Counted from the stretch's first letter, positions 28,652 through 42,727 are shown. The stretch is 64,000 nucleotides of DNA from Escherichia coli (GCF_046105845.1 NZ_CP151004.1), one strand, 5' to 3'. The notes: generated by a model not told the origin, from the letters alone. Numbers and translations: made by a program.

Positions 28652-30019
28652 TTAACGCATCAGCAGATAGATGCTTTCATTGCCGCGTACAATTTGCAGG
28701 GCGATGATGGCCGGTTTTGCCGCCAGCACTTTACGCATTTCAGCAATCGAGTTCACCCGATCGCGGTTGACGCCAATGATCACATCGTCTTTTTGCAAGC
28801 CAGCCTGAGCAGCTGGGCTTCCTTTGACAACCTCATCGATCTTAATACCTTTGCCGCCATCTTTTAGCTGACCATCGCTCAACGTTGCACCTTCAAGCGC
28901 TGGCGTGATCATTTCAGCGCTGGCCGACGAAGAGGTGCTGGTATCAAGCGTCACTTCTACTTCCAGTGGTTTGCCGTTACGCAGCAGGCCAAGCTTCACT
29001 TTCGTGCCCGGCTCGGTGGTTGCGATACGAGAGCGCAACTCAGCAAAGCTATTCAGCGGTTTGCCGTTGAGGCTGGTAATAATATCGCCCGCTTTGACGC
29101 CCGCTTTCGCCGAGCCAGAACCTGGCAACACTTCGCTGACAAACGCGCCACGCTGCACGTCAAGGTTGAAGGCTTTGGCGATATCGGCACTCATCTCTGT
29201 GCCTTTGATGCCTAACAGACCGCGTTTGATTTCACCAAAGTCGATAAGCTGCTGCGCCAGTGTTCGCGCCATATTACTGGGGATGGCAAATCCAATCCCG
29301 ACGCTCCCGCCACCAGGCGCAAGGATTGCCGTGTTGATGCCAATTAACTCACCGTTAAGATTTAACAGTGCACCGCCGGAGTTACCGCGGTTAATGGAAG
29401 CATCTGTCTGGATAAAGTTTTCCAGACCTTCAAGATTCAACCCACTGCGGCCTAATGCTGACACAATGCCAGAGGTGGCGGTTTGCCCAAGGCCAAATGG
29501 GTTACCGACCGCCACGGCAAAATCACCGACGCGCAATTTATCGGAGTCGGCAATAGCGATTTGCGTTAATTTGCTCGGGTTTTGAATTTGCAACAGGGCG
29601 ATATCGCTCTGGTCATCGCTACCAATCAGTTTTGCATCAAACTCGCGCCCATCATTGAGCTGAATACTGATTTTCTGTGCCTGATTAATCACATGGTTGT
29701 TAGTCAGCACATAGCCTTTACTGGCGTTGATGATGACACCGGAGCCTAAACCTTCGAAGGGTTGTGCAGGTTGATCCGGTAAATCATCACCAAAAAACTT
29801 TTTGAATTCTTCCGGGATTTTCTGTCCCTGACTGGCCGTTCCTTCCACCCGTACGCTCACCACTGCCGGAAGCACTTTTTCCAGCATTGGGGCCAGACTG
29901 GGGAGGGGGGCCTGATCGGCAACCTGGCCTGGAATCGACGCAACGGCCTGAAATGACGCCGAGAGAGTTAACCCGACACTTAACGCTAATGCACTCAACA
30001 GCTGGGTTTGTTTTTTCAT
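28652..30019 (-). CDS. degQ: periplasmic serine endoprotease DegQ
   Basis: 455-aa ORF with a signal peptide, a GNSGGAL motif and two PDZ-like regions. Confidence 0.94.
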   Translation of the reverse strand: MKKQTQLLSALALSVGLTLSASFQAVASIPGQVADQAPLPSLAPMLEKVLPAVVSVRVEGTASQGQKIPEEFKKFFGDDLPDQPAQPFEGLGSGVIINASKGYVLTNNHVINQAQKISIQLNDGREFDAKLIGSDDQSDIALLQIQNPSKLTQIAIADSDKLRVGDFAVAVGNPFGLGQTATSGIVSALGRSGLNLEGLENFIQTDASINRGNSGGALLNLNGELIGINTAILAPGGGSVGIGFAIPSNMARTLAQQLIDFGEIKRGLLGIKGTEMSADIAKAFNLDVQRGAFVSEVLPGSGSAKAGVKAGDIITSLNGKPLNSFAELRSRIATTEPGTKVKLGLLRNGKPLEVEVTLDTSTSSSASAEMITPALEGATLSDGQLKDGGKGIKIDEVVKGSPAAQAGLQKDDVIIGVNRDRVNSIAEMRKVLAAKPAIIALQIVRGNESIYLLMR

Positions 30020-30172
30020 TATTCCTGCTCTCGTACCTGAATGATAAGAAAAGAGATTTAAAACAGTTTGATGTTATTGAATTTTCAGACGGCTAACAAT
30101 GAGACACCAGATTAAATGATAGTCGGGGAGGGAAAGAAGAGGAGGGCGCAATGGCTGCGCCCGAAAAATAAA

Positions 30173-30571
30173 TTAGTCGCGCTTCGCGCCAGTACGCAGC
30201 AGGCCGGATGCGCCTTCAGAATAGTCGCGAGGCATCTGCACCGGTGCCTGATCGTTGCTGGCTTCAGACTCTGCCAGACGATTACGGAACGGGTTTGCTT
30301 CAGCAGACAGTTCCGGCAGCAGGCTGCTGGAGCTTTTCGCCATGTGTTGATACAGCTGGCGATAGTCGTGCGCCATGGTATCCAGTAATTCCGCGCTGCG
30401 GGCAAAGTGGCTAACCAGCTCTTCGCGATACTCGTCCAGTTCAGCTTTATTCTTTTCCAGTTCGTACTGCAACGCCTGTTGCTGGCGTAGTTTACGATTA
30501 CCAAAACGCATGGCCACAGCACCAATAATGATGCCGACGACTAACCCAATTAGCGCATATTCCCAGGTCAT
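30173..30571 (-). CDS. zapG: inner-membrane cell-division protein ZapG (YhcB)
   Basis: 132-aa product (MTWEYALIGLVVGIIIG...) starting at the second ATG. Confidence 0.88.
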   Translation of the reverse strand: MTWEYALIGLVVGIIIGAVAMRFGNRKLRQQQALQYELEKNKAELDEYREELVSHFARSAELLDTMAHDYRQLYQHMAKSSSSLLPELSAEANPFRNRLAESEASNDQAPVQMPRDYSEGASGLLRTGAKRD

Positions 30572-30764
30572 GAACATCTCCCGTTGTCTTTTGTTTCCGT
30601 AGGGTGTTGGCTTCAGGCTCCATGCCTGCGGCTGATTATGCCACTATAACCGTTAATTCCACAGAAGTGGAATCCCGACTGCATATCGCGTAGTGTAGAA
30701 CGGCCTTTTTTTCGTCAACCGTGAACAACGGCGCACCGATTATTCAAGGAATAACAATAAGATC

Positions 30765-31892
30765 ATGCAAAGCGTTACCCCAACATCGCAATACCTGAAG
30801 GCGCTCAATGAAGGCAGCCATCAACCCGACGACGTTCAAAAAGAGGCCGTCAGCCGCCTGGAAATTATTTATCAGGAACTCATCAATAGCACGCCTCCAG
30901 CCCCCAGGACGAGTGGGCTAATGGCGCGGGTCGGTAAGCTGTGGGGTAAACGCGAAGACACAAAGCATACGCCAGTGCGTGGCTTATATATGTGGGGCGG
31001 TGTAGGACGCGGGAAAACCTGGCTGATGGACCTTTTCTATCAAAGCCTGCCGGGAGAGCGGAAACAGCGCCTGCACTTTCACCGTTTTATGCTGCGGGTG
31101 CATGAAGAGCTAACTGCCTTACAGGGGAAGACCGATCCGCTGGAAATTATTGCCGATCGCTTTAAAGCAGAAACTGACGTGCTCTGTTTTGACGAATTTT
31201 TTGTTTCTGATATTACCGACGCCATGCTACTTGGCGGTCTGATGAAAGCCCTGTTCGCCCGCGGTATTACCCTGGTAGCGACGTCAAATATTCCGCCGGA
31301 CGAACTTTATCGAAATGGCCTACAACGTGCGCGTTTTTTGCCTGCAATCGATGCCATTAAACAGTATTGTGATGTAATGAACGTGGACGCTGGTGTTGAT
31401 TATCGACTGCGTACACTCACTCAGGCGCATCTGTGGCTTTCGCCCCTCAACGATGAAACCCGGGCGCAAATGGATAAACTATGGTTGGCGCTGGCGGGGG
31501 CGAAACGAGAAAATTCACCGACGTTAGAAATCAACCATCGGCCATTGGCGACAATGGGCGTCGAGAACCAGACGCTGGCGGTCTCTTTTACTACGCTGTG
31601 CGTCGACGCCCGCAGTCAGCATGACTATATTGCGCTCTCACGCCTCTTTCACACGGTCATGTTGTTTGATGTACCAGTTATGACGCGGTTGATGGAGAGC
31701 GAAGCGCGGCGCTTTATTGCGCTGGTGGATGAGTTTTACGAGCGCCATGTCAAATTAGTGGTGAGTGCAGAAGTGCCGCTATATGACATTTATCAGGGCG
31801 AGCGGCTGAAATTTGAGTTCCAGCGTTGCCTGTCACGTCTGCAAGAGATGCAAAGCGAAGAGTATCTGAAGCGCGAGCATTTAGCGGGTTAA
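30765..31892 (+). CDS. zapE: cell-division ATPase ZapE (YhcM)
   Basis: 375-aa ORF with a Walker A motif GGVGRGKT. Confidence 0.92.
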   Translation: MQSVTPTSQYLKALNEGSHQPDDVQKEAVSRLEIIYQELINSTPPAPRTSGLMARVGKLWGKREDTKHTPVRGLYMWGGVGRGKTWLMDLFYQSLPGERKQRLHFHRFMLRVHEELTALQGKTDPLEIIADRFKAETDVLCFDEFFVSDITDAMLLGGLMKALFARGITLVATSNIPPDELYRNGLQRARFLPAIDAIKQYCDVMNVDAGVDYRLRTLTQAHLWLSPLNDETRAQMDKLWLALAGAKRENSPTLEINHRPLATMGVENQTLAVSFTTLCVDARSQHDYIALSRLFHTVMLFDVPVMTRLMESEARRFIALVDEFYERHVKLVVSAEVPLYDIYQGERLKFEFQRCLSRLQEMQSEEYLKREHLAG

Positions 31893-32023
31893 AACCTGCC
31901 ACAAATCACAAAAAGGGGTCGATCTTTGACCCCGACTTCTCTATAATCCTGCGACCCCACGTTACAAGAAAGTTTTTTTCCCAAAACTTTTTGTGTGCTG
32001 GCATAGGCTATTCGAAGGGGTAG

Positions 32024-32539
<516 letters not shown>

Positions 32540-32551
32540 TCGGGATTATAG

Positions 32552-32947
<396 letters not shown>

Positions 32948-32979
32948 TTGGCTTCTGCTCCGGCAGAAAACAATTTGCG

Positions 32980-33008
32980 AAAAAACCCGCTTCGGCGGGT
33001 TTTTTTAT
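32980..33008 (+). terminator. rho-independent terminator after rplM-rpsI
   Basis: CCCGC-TTCG-GCGGG hairpin followed by a T8 run. Confidence 0.85.
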
Positions 33009-33341
33009 GGCTAAATTCTGAATCAGCGTAAAAAATGGAAAGTTGCTTTTTGCTGCCGTCTGACAGACAGGTAAAACAAAAACCACATCGCCAATAAGGG
33101 ACTAAGTCAACTATTTCAGACTAAAGCGCATCTCTTTTTCCCCATTTCCGGCATCGACTCACCACAAAGGTCGCAAAATCTGGTAAACTATCATCCAATT
33201 TTCTGCCCAAATGTCGGGTATTGCTCATTTTTTGTTTGATTTTCGAACAAAGAGAGTCGTTCCTTACTGGGTAACACAACTTCTGACTGGCCACCTGGTG
33301 GCTGGTAGCAGTAAAAATTCTGACTATACCTGGAGGTTTTC

Positions 33342-33980
33342 ATGGCTGTCGCTGCCAACAAACGTTCGGTAATGACGCTGTTTTCCGGTCCTACTGACAT
33401 CTATAGCCATCAGGTCCGCATTGTGCTGGCTGAGAAAGGTGTAAGTTTCGAGATCGAACACGTGGAAAAGGACAATCCGCCTCAGGATCTGATTGACCTC
33501 AACCCGAATCAGAGCGTTCCGACCCTGGTGGATCGTGAGCTGACCCTGTGGGAATCTCGCATCATTATGGAATATCTGGATGAGCGTTTCCCGCATCCGC
33601 CACTGATGCCTGTTTACCCGGTAGCTCGCGGTGAAAGCCGTCTGTACATGCATCGCATCGAAAAAGATTGGTACACGCTGATGAACACCATCATCAACGG
33701 TTCAGCTTCTGAAGCAGATGCCGCACGTAAGCAACTGCGCGAAGAACTGCTGGCGATTGCGCCGGTCTTCGGTCAGAAGCCGTACTTCCTGAGCGATGAG
33801 TTCAGCCTGGTCGATTGCTACCTTGCTCCGCTGCTGTGGCGTTTGCCGCAACTGGGCATCGAGTTCAGCGGCCCGGGTGCGAAAGAGCTGAAAGGCTATA
33901 TGACCCGCGTCTTTGAGCGTGACTCTTTCCTTGCTTCTTTAACTGAAGCTGAACGTGAAATGCGTCTGGGCCGGAGTTAA
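33342..33980 (+). CDS. sspA: stringent starvation protein A
   Basis: 212-aa ORF with a GST-like fold, recognised as SspA. Confidence 0.96.
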   Translation: MAVAANKRSVMTLFSGPTDIYSHQVRIVLAEKGVSFEIEHVEKDNPPQDLIDLNPNQSVPTLVDRELTLWESRIIMEYLDERFPHPPLMPVYPVARGESRLYMHRIEKDWYTLMNTIINGSASEADAARKQLREELLAIAPVFGQKPYFLSDEFSLVDCYLAPLLWRLPQLGIEFSGPGAKELKGYMTRVFERDSFLASLTEAEREMRLGRS

Positions 33981-33985
33981 TCTGT

Positions 33986-34483
33986 ATGGATTTGTCACAG
34001 CTAACACCACGTCGTCCCTATCTGCTGCGTGCATTCTATGAGTGGTTGCTGGATAACCAGCTCACGCCGCACCTGGTGGTGGATGTGACGCTCCCTGGCG
34101 TGCAGGTTCCTATGGAATATGCGCGTGACGGGCAAATCGTACTCAACATTGCGCCGCGAGCTGTCGGCAATCTGGAACTGGCGAATGATGAGGTGCGCTT
34201 TAACGCGCGCTTTGGTGGCATTCCGCGTCAGGTTTCTGTGCCGCTGGCTGCCGTGCTGGCTATCTACGCCCGTGAAAATGGCGCAGGCACGATGTTTGAA
34301 CCTGAAGCTGCCTACGATGAAGATGCCAGCATCATGAATGATGAAGAGGCATCGGCAGACAACGAAACCGTTATGTCGGTTATTGATGGCGACAAGCCAG
34401 ATCACGATGATGACACTCATCCTGACGATGAACCACCGCAGCCACCACGTGGTGGTCGACCAGCATTACGCGTTGTGAAGTAA
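33986..34483 (+). CDS. sspB: ClpXP adaptor SspB
   Basis: 165-aa ORF with an acidic C-terminal region ending ...RGGRPALRVVK (ClpX-binding tail). Confidence 0.95.
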   Translation: MDLSQLTPRRPYLLRAFYEWLLDNQLTPHLVVDVTLPGVQVPMEYARDGQIVLNIAPRAVGNLELANDEVRFNARFGGIPRQVSVPLAAVLAIYARENGAGTMFEPEAAYDEDASIMNDEEASADNETVMSVIDGDKPDHDDDTHPDDEPPQPPRGGRPALRVVK

Positions 34484-34486
34484 TAC

Positions 34487-34520
34487 TAAAACAGGCCCTG
34501 GCGGCCTGTTTTGTCTTTTT
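34487..34520. terminator. terminator between convergent sspB and dcuD
   Basis: CAGGCC-CTGGC-GGCCTG hairpin followed by TTTTGTCTTTTT. Confidence 0.75.
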
Positions 34521-34526
34521 AATGAC

Positions 34527-35894
34527 TTAATAAAATAGCGTGATTGTGGCAATCATATTCACCACGAAACCGACTGCCATGGGGATCGCTGTCCGCTTCA
34601 CTACCGCAAAAGGCGAAACGCCTGCAATTCCTGACGTAACGACCACCACCGCAGTAATCGGCGAAACAGCGCGCGCTAGCGTCGTGGCAAAATGCATCGG
34701 CATAATCATTACAACCGCTGGTACATGTAGTCCGGCTGCGATATTCGGAATAAGACTGGCAAATGACATAAACGGCGCATTGCCTGAGCCCATCACAATG
34801 GCACAAATGGCAATGACCAGCGCCATAATAATCATCACGCCAATACCGCCCAGGCCAGAATGCTCCGCACCCCTGATAACCGCATCGACAGTGCCAATCG
34901 TCGTTAAGCCTTTCGCAAATATTTCACCCGCGACCACCAGCGTTACCACGTTGGCAAACTGCGTACCCATGCCGTCAAAAAACGCCTGCACATCGTCCAT
35001 TGTTTCGCGCAAGTTATGCTTGCGGAAGAACTCAACAAACATCGTCACCGTCAAACTCAGTAACATCACCACCACCAGATGCAGTTCTGACTGCATCAGC
35101 CCGACGTGGGCAAGGAACAGCGAGCCGAGCATCAGGATTAACGGCATCACCGGTAAAATGGCGTAATAGAGCGGCGGGACATTATCGAGAGCTTTTTGCT
35201 CTGCCTGTTCGTGATTGATATTTTTATCTTTTTTGTCGAAAGCGCGTTGCACGAAAAAGTGGGAGATCGCCACCGAGATAATGACGCAAGAGGCGACCGG
35301 AAGCTGGTAGTGGAAGAAGTAAGTGGCAATTTTCATTCCTGCGACCTGGGCAGCAAAAATAGAGTTCGTTTCCAGAATCCCCCACTCAATGGACATGGTG
35401 GTTGCGATAACCGCCACCGCAGAGAGACGACTTACTCCCAGACTCACCAGCGTCGGAAATAAGGTGACCATCAGCAACATACCCAGACCGGAGGCGCTGG
35501 TAATAAACTGCGCCATGATTTGGCCGATGACGTAAGTTGCCGACAGAATAATATACGGCGAGCGAATGAGTTTTAACGGGCGGCTTAACAAGCTCACCAT
35601 CGCGCGACTTGCCCCTATGCGCTCCATATAGCGGGCATAACCGCCCACTGCCATAATCGACAGCCCCAATCCGGCAATGCGGTTGGACAGCATGCGCAGG
35701 ATTTCATTATAAATATCGACGATCAAGTAGCCGCTGCTTTTGGCGGGATCGAGCACACCACCGAACCCTAACCAGACACCGCACATCATCAGGAAGATAC
35801 CTGCGGCAGCCAGCACCACCTGAGGTTTGTAGTTTTTCAGGATCAAATAGCCCATCGTAATTAATACGATGACAGATATAATTATGCCGAACAT
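34527..35894 (-). CDS. dcuD: anaerobic C4-dicarboxylate transporter DcuD
   Basis: 455-aa polytopic membrane product ([17 protein letters not shown]...) starting at the internal ATG. Confidence 0.9.
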   Translation of the reverse strand: MFGIIISVIVLITMGYLILKNYKPQVVLAAAGIFLMMCGVWLGFGGVLDPAKSSGYLIVDIYNEILRMLSNRIAGLGLSIMAVGGYARYMERIGASRAMVSLLSRPLKLIRSPYIILSATYVIGQIMAQFITSASGLGMLLMVTLFPTLVSLGVSRLSAVAVIATTMSIEWGILETNSIFAAQVAGMKIATYFFHYQLPVASCVIISVAISHFFVQRAFDKKDKNINHEQAEQKALDNVPPLYYAILPVMPLILMLGSLFLAHVGLMQSELHLVVVMLLSLTVTMFVEFFRKHNLRETMDDVQAFFDGMGTQFANVVTLVVAGEIFAKGLTTIGTVDAVIRGAEHSGLGGIGVMIIMALVIAICAIVMGSGNAPFMSFASLIPNIAAGLHVPAVVMIMPMHFATTLARAVSPITAVVVVTSGIAGVSPFAVVKRTAIPMAVGFVVNMIATITLFY

Positions 35895-36273
35895 TGTTGA
35901 ACTCCGTGTCAAAAGAAAACGGTCAATCCCATAAACGGCAGATTGAAAACAATGATGTTATATTTTTTGCAAGGCTATTTATGGTGCGGATGTCGTGTTT
36001 TTAATTGTAGGTGAGGTGATTTTTCATTAAAAAATATGCGCTTATGATTATTTTGTAAGAACACATTCATAATATTCATAATGCTCGTGAATAGTCTTAT
36101 AAATAATTCAATCGGGATGTTTTTATCTGCGTTACATTAATTTTTCGCAATAGTTAATTATTCCGTTAATTATGGTAATGATGAGGCACAAAGAGAAAAC
36201 CCTGCCATTTTCCCCTACTTTCAATCCTGTGATAGGATGTCACTGATGATGTTAATCACACTGACCTTACAGA

Positions 36274-37065
36274 ATGGGCCTTATGAACGCATTTGATTCG
36301 CAAACCGAAGATTCTTCACCTGCAATTGGTCGCAACTTGCGTAGCCGCCCGCTGGCGCGTAAAAAACTCTCCGAAATGGTGGAAGAAGAGCTGGAACAGA
36401 TGATCCGCCGTCGTGAATTTGGCGAAGGTGAACAATTACCGTCTGAACGCGAACTGATGGCGTTCTTTAACGTCGGGCGTCCTTCGGTGCGCGAAGCGCT
36501 GGCAGCGTTAAAACGCAAAGGTCTGGTGCAGATAAACAACGGCGAACGCGCTCGCGTCTCACGTCCTTCTGCGGACACCATCATCGGCGAGCTTTCCGGC
36601 ATGGCGAAAGATTTCCTTTCTCATCCTGGCGGGATTGCCCATTTCGAACAATTACGTCTGTTCTTTGAATCCAGCCTGGTGCGCTATGCGGCTGAACACG
36701 CCACCGATGAACAAATCGATTTGCTGGCAAAAGCACTGGAAATCAACAGTCAGTCGCTGGATAACAACGCGGCATTCATTCGCTCAGACGTTGATTTCCA
36801 CCGCGTTCTGGCGGAGATCCCCGGTAACCCAATCTTCATGGCGATCCACGTTGCCCTGCTCGACTGGCTGATCGCCGCACGTCCAACCGTGGCTGATCAG
36901 GCTCTGCACGAGCATAACAACGTTAGCTATCAACAGCATATTGCGATCGTTGACGCGATCCGGCGTCATGATCCTGACGAAGCCGATCGTGCGTTGCAAT
37001 CGCATCTCAACAGCGTCTCTGCTACCTGGCACGCCTTCGGTCAGACCACCAACAAAAAGAAATAA
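36274..37065 (+). CDS. nanR: GntR/FadR-family repressor of sialic-acid genes
   Basis: 263-aa ORF recognised as NanR. Confidence 0.94.
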   Translation: MGLMNAFDSQTEDSSPAIGRNLRSRPLARKKLSEMVEEELEQMIRRREFGEGEQLPSERELMAFFNVGRPSVREALAALKRKGLVQINNGERARVSRPSADTIIGELSGMAKDFLSHPGGIAHFEQLRLFFESSLVRYAAEHATDEQIDLLAKALEINSQSLDNNAAFIRSDVDFHRVLAEIPGNPIFMAIHVALLDWLIAARPTVADQALHEHNNVSYQQHIAIVDAIRRHDPDEADRALQSHLNSVSATWHAFGQTTNKKK

Positions 37066-37128
37066 TGCCACTTTAGTGAAGCAGATCGCATTATAAGCTT
37101 TCTGTATGGGGTGTTGCTTAATTGATCT

Positions 37129-37151
37129 GGTATAACAGGTATAAAGGTATA
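37129..37151 (+). promoter_or_regulatory. NanR operator (three GGTATA repeats) in the nanA promoter
   Basis: GGTATA-aca-GGTATA-aa-GGTATA read directly, 36 bp upstream of the nanA ATG. Confidence 0.85.
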
Positions 37152-37186
37152 TCGTTTATCAGACAAGCATCACTTCAGAGGTATTT

Positions 37187-38080
37187 ATGGCAACGAATTT
37201 ACGTGGCGTAATGGCTGCACTCCTGACTCCTTTTGATCAACAACAAGCACTGGATAAAGCGAGTCTGCGTCGCCTGGTTCAGTTCAATATTCAGCAGGGC
37301 ATTGACGGTTTATACGTGGGTGGTTCGACCGGCGAAGCCTTTGTACAAAGCCTTTCCGAGCGTGAACAGGTACTGGAAATCGTCGCCGAAGAGGCGAAAG
37401 GTAAGATTAAACTCATCGCCCACGTCGGTTGTGTCAGCACCGCCGAAAGCCAACAACTTGCGGCATCGGCTAAACGTTATGGCTTCGATGCCGTCTCCGC
37501 CGTCACGCCGTTCTACTATCCTTTCAGCTTTGAAGAACACTGCGATCACTATCGGGCAATTATTGATTCGGCGGATGGTTTGCCGATGGTGGTGTACAAC
37601 ATTCCTGCCCTGAGCGGGGTAAAACTAACCCTGGATCAGATCAACACCCTGGTTACGCTGCCTGGTGTCGGCGCGCTGAAACAGACCTCTGGCGATCTCT
37701 ATCAGATGGAACAGATCCGTCGTGAACATCCTGATCTGGTGCTCTATAACGGTTACGACGAAATCTTCGCCTCTGGTCTTCTGGCGGGCGCTGATGGTGG
37801 TATCGGTAGTACCTACAACATCATGGGCTGGCGTTATCAGGGGATTGTGAAGGCGCTGAAAGAAGGCGATATCCAGACCGCGCAGAAGCTGCAAACCGAA
37901 TGTAATAAAGTCATTGATTTACTGATCAAAACGGGCGTATTCCGCGGCCTGAAAACGGTCCTGCATTATATGGATGTCGTTTCTGTGCCGCTGTGCCGCA
38001 AACCGTTTGGACCGGTAGATGAAAAATATCTGCCAGAACTGAAGGCGTTGGCCCAGCAGTTGATGCAAGAGCGCGGGTGA
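37187..38080 (+). CDS. nanA: N-acetylneuraminate lyase
   Basis: 297-aa ORF recognised as NanA (DHDPS-family aldolase). Confidence 0.95.
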
Positions 38081-38085
38081 GTTGT

Positions 38086-38119
38086 TTCCCCTCGCTCGCC
38101 CCTACCGGGTGAGGGGAAA
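38086..38119 (+). other. GC-rich hairpin in the nanA-nanT spacer, related to the tldD-aaeR hairpin
   Basis: TTCCCCTCGCTCGCCCCTACCGGGTGAGGGGAA; shares TCCCCTCGC...GGGTGAGGGGAA with the element at 20237-20270. Confidence 0.5.
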
Positions 38120-38188
38120 TAAACGCATCTGTACCCTACAATTTTCATACCAAAGCGTGTGGGCATCGCCCACCGCGGGAGACTCACA

Positions 38189-39679
38189 ATGAGTACTACA
38201 ACCCAGAATATCCCGTGGTATCGCCATCTCAATCGTGCACAATGGCGGGCATTTTCCGCTGCCTGGTTGGGATATCTGCTTGACGGTTTTGATTTCGTTT
38301 TAATCGCCCTGGTACTCACCGAAGTACAAGGTGAATTCGGGCTGACGACGGTGCAGGCGGCAAGTCTGATCTCCGCAGCCTTTATCTCTCGCTGGTTCGG
38401 CGGCCTGATGCTCGGCGCTATGGGTGACCGCTACGGGCGTCGTCTGGCAATGGTCACCAGCATCGTTCTCTTCTCGGCCGGGACGCTGGCCTGCGGCTTT
38501 GCGCCAGGCTACATCACCATGTTTATCGCTCGTCTGGTCATCGGCATGGGGATGGCGGGTGAATACGGTTCCAGCGCCACCTATGTCATTGAAAGCTGGC
38601 CAAAACATCTGCGTAATAAAGCCAGTGGTTTTCTGATTTCCGGCTTCTCTGTGGGGGCCGTCGTTGCCGCTCAGGTCTATAGCCTGGTGGTTCCGGTCTG
38701 GGGCTGGCGTGCGCTGTTCTTTATCGGCATTTTGCCAATCATCTTTGCTCTCTGGCTGCGTAAAAACATCCCGGAAGCGGAAGACTGGAAAGAGAAACAT
38801 GCTGGTAAAGCACCAGTACGCACGATGGTAGATATTCTCTACCGTGGTGAACATCGCATTGCCAATATCGTAATGACACTGGCGGCGGCTACTGCGCTGT
38901 GGTTTTGCTTCGCCGGTAACCTGCAAAATGCCGCGATCGTCGCTGTTCTTGGGCTGTTATGCGCCGCAATCTTTATCAGCTTTATGGTGCAAAGTACGGG
39001 CAAACGCTGGCCAACGGGCGTAATGCTGATGGTGGTCGTGTTGTTTGCTTTCCTCTACTCATGGCCGATTCAGGCGCTGCTGCCAACGTATCTGAAAACC
39101 GATCTGGCTTATAACCCGCATACTGTCGCCAATGTGCTGTTCTTTAGTGGCTTTGGCGCGGCGGTGGGATGCTGCGTAGGTGGCTTCCTCGGTGACTGGC
39201 TGGGAACCCGCAAAGCGTACGTTTGTAGCCTGCTGGCCTCGCAGCTGCTGATTATTCCGGTATTTGCGATTGGCGGCGCAAACGTCTGGGTGCTCGGTCT
39301 GTTACTGTTCTTCCAGCAAATGCTTGGACAAGGGATCGCCGGGATCTTACCGAAACTGATTGGCGGTTATTTCGATACCGACCAGCGTGCAGCGGGCCTG
39401 GGCTTTACCTACAACGTCGGCGCATTGGGCGGTGCACTGGCCCCAATCATCGGCGCGTTGATCGCTCAACGTCTGGATCTGGGTACTGCGCTGGCATCGC
39501 TCTCGTTCAGTCTGACATTTGTGGTGATCCTGCTGATTGGTCTGGATATGCCTTCCCGCGTTCAGCGTTGGTTGCGCCCGGAAGCATTGCGTACTCATGA
39601 CGCTATCGACGGCAAACCATTTAGCGGTGCCGTGCCATTTGGCCGCGCCAAAAACGATTTAGTCAAAACCAAAAGTTAA
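38189..39679 (+). CDS. nanT: sialic acid:H+ symporter
   Basis: 496-aa MFS transporter ([19 protein letters not shown]...) starting at the internal ATG. Confidence 0.94.
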   Translation: MSTTTQNIPWYRHLNRAQWRAFSAAWLGYLLDGFDFVLIALVLTEVQGEFGLTTVQAASLISAAFISRWFGGLMLGAMGDRYGRRLAMVTSIVLFSAGTLACGFAPGYITMFIARLVIGMGMAGEYGSSATYVIESWPKHLRNKASGFLISGFSVGAVVAAQVYSLVVPVWGWRALFFIGILPIIFALWLRKNIPEAEDWKEKHAGKAPVRTMVDILYRGEHRIANIVMTLAAATALWFCFAGNLQNAAIVAVLGLLCAAIFISFMVQSTGKRWPTGVMLMVVVLFAFLYSWPIQALLPTYLKTDLAYNPHTVANVLFFSGFGAAVGCCVGGFLGDWLGTRKAYVCSLLASQLLIIPVFAIGGANVWVLGLLLFFQQMLGQGIAGILPKLIGGYFDTDQRAAGLGFTYNVGALGGALAPIIGALIAQRLDLGTALASLSFSLTFVVILLIGLDMPSRVQRWLRPEALRTHDAIDGKPFSGAVPFGRAKNDLVKTKS

Positions 39680-39726
39680 TCCTGTTGCCCGGTCTCTGTA
39701 CCGGGCCTTTCGCTAAGGGAAGATGT

Positions 39727-40412
39727 ATGTCGTTACTTGCACAACTGGATCAAAAAATCGCTGCTAACGGTGGCCTGATTGTCTCCTGCCAGCCGGTTCC
39801 GGACAGCCCGCTCGATAAACCCGAAATCGTCGCCGCCATGGCATTAGCGGCAGAACAGGCGGGCGCGGTTGCCATTCGCATTGAAGGTGTGGCAAATCTG
39901 CAAGCCGCGCGTGCGGTGGTGAGCGTGCCAATTATCGGGATTGTGAAACGCGATCTGGAGGATTCTCCGGTACGCATCACGGCCTATATTGAAGATGTTG
40001 ATGCGCTGGCGCAGGCGGGCGCGGACATTATCGCCATTGACGGCACCGACCGCCCGCGTCCGGTGCCTGTTGAAACGTTGCTGGCACGTATTCACCATCA
40101 CGGTTTACTGGCGATGACCGACTGTTCCACGCCGGAAGACGGCCTGGCATGCCAAAAGCTGGGAGCCGAAATTATTGGCACTACGCTTTCTGGCTATACC
40201 ACGCCTGAAACGCCAGAAGAGCCGGATCTGGCGCTGGTGAAAACGTTGAGCGACGCCGGATGTCGAGTGATTGCCGAAGGGCGTTACAACACGCCTGCTC
40301 AGGCGGCGGATGCGATGCGCCACGGCGCGTGGGCGGTGACGGTCGGTTCTGCCATTACGCGTCTTGAACACATTTGTCAGTGGTACAACACAGCGATGAA
40401 AAAGGCGGTGCT

Positions 40413-40416
<4 letters not shown>
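39727..40416 (+). CDS. nanE: N-acetylmannosamine-6-phosphate 2-epimerase
   Basis: 229-aa product ([23 protein letters not shown]...) starting at the internal ATG. Confidence 0.93.
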
Positions 40417-41749
<1,333 letters not shown>

Positions 41750-41824
41750 ATTTATTAGATCAGGTGTGACCTGACCCATCTTTGGCACAGAGCCAAACCT
41801 GAACTGACGGACCGCTCTGTGCCA

Positions 41825-42130
41825 TTACCTGACGTTGTATTCTTTTATGTTAACACCCTTGATACTGTATATACCTGTCCGCTTAATTCGCTTGCCCTTT
41901 TTATTCGTAATAGTTGCTGTAAGTGTACTGCAGCGAATGGAATGACGTTCATCAATCACCAGCCGAATTGCTTCTGAAGCATCTTCCACCTCTAGAAGGT
42001 CGTGAGTCTTATTTAAGCCGAATGGAACAAGGTGGAAGGCCGTTTTTCCAGATGATTTTCTGGTTATTTTTACTGGATACAACACATCACCACTTTTATG
42101 GATTAATTCAAGCTGTTCAATGTAAATCAT
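41825..42130 (-). other. AT-rich degenerate ORF downstream of the yhcG-like fragment
   Basis: 101-aa ORF in the same frame as 42218-42574 but separated from it by two in-frame stops; markedly AT-rich; no motif recognised. Confidence 0.25.
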
Positions 42131-42217
42131 GGCAACTTTCCTTCGTTTATCTGCATGAATATATAAACCGAAAATAGGAGATGCAATACAAAAGCTGTGG
42201 AAATATCAAATAGCCTC

Positions 42218-42574
42218 TCAATTTGGCAGACAGCGTCTGCCAAATCTTTGCCGATGGGAATTCTGCAGAATTTCAACATGTTGATAAAAAAGGTAAAAAA
42301 GCTTCATTTGGCGTAAGTTTTTTGCAGAGACCCCACGTTTATACCGTCGACTTAAATCCTGCGATAACCGATCAATCAGCTGTGCAGCATAAGCCGCTCT
42401 TGCCTCGCCGCCTTGTTCAAATTCGACAATTCGTCGGCCAATTTCCCAGTATGTGGCGGTCATTAACGCGTTAACACTACGTACCGTTTCCGTCCGGGCG
42501 CTATCGACCAGGTGAATAATACCGTCGTGGATTTGCTGGTAGCCTGTTGAGGTTCTCTCTGAGAGCGATTCCAT
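42218..42574 (-). pseudogene. yhcG-like (DUF1016-family) N-terminal fragment, probably a gene remnant
   Basis: 118-aa ORF whose sequence (...VNALMTATYWEIGRRIVEFEQGGEARAAYAAQLIDRLSQDLSRRY...) resembles the N-terminal domain of YhcG/DUF1016 proteins; it ends in stops with no PD-(D/E)xK domain. Confidence 0.4.
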
Positions 42575-42727
42575 TATCTGTCCCTTTATATGGCGCTGCG
42601 TTGAATAATGGAATCAGCTATACGCCGGGCATCTACCGGTAACAATCCAGATGAGCGTATTACATTGGTTTTCTTCACATTATGCGAGGCACCTTCCAGC
42701 GAGGTGTCACGTTGTGGTGAAGATAAA

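Noticed and set aside
28905-29585. 226-aa plus-strand ORF inside degQ, and 34540-35166 inside dcuD
   Set aside because: Antisense shadow ORFs within well-recognised genes.
30120-30172. Possible terminator hairpin (GGGCGCAGCC...GCGCCC) downstream of zapG
   Set aside because: The U-tract is on the wrong side of the stem for either strand, so it is not a canonical intrinsic terminator.
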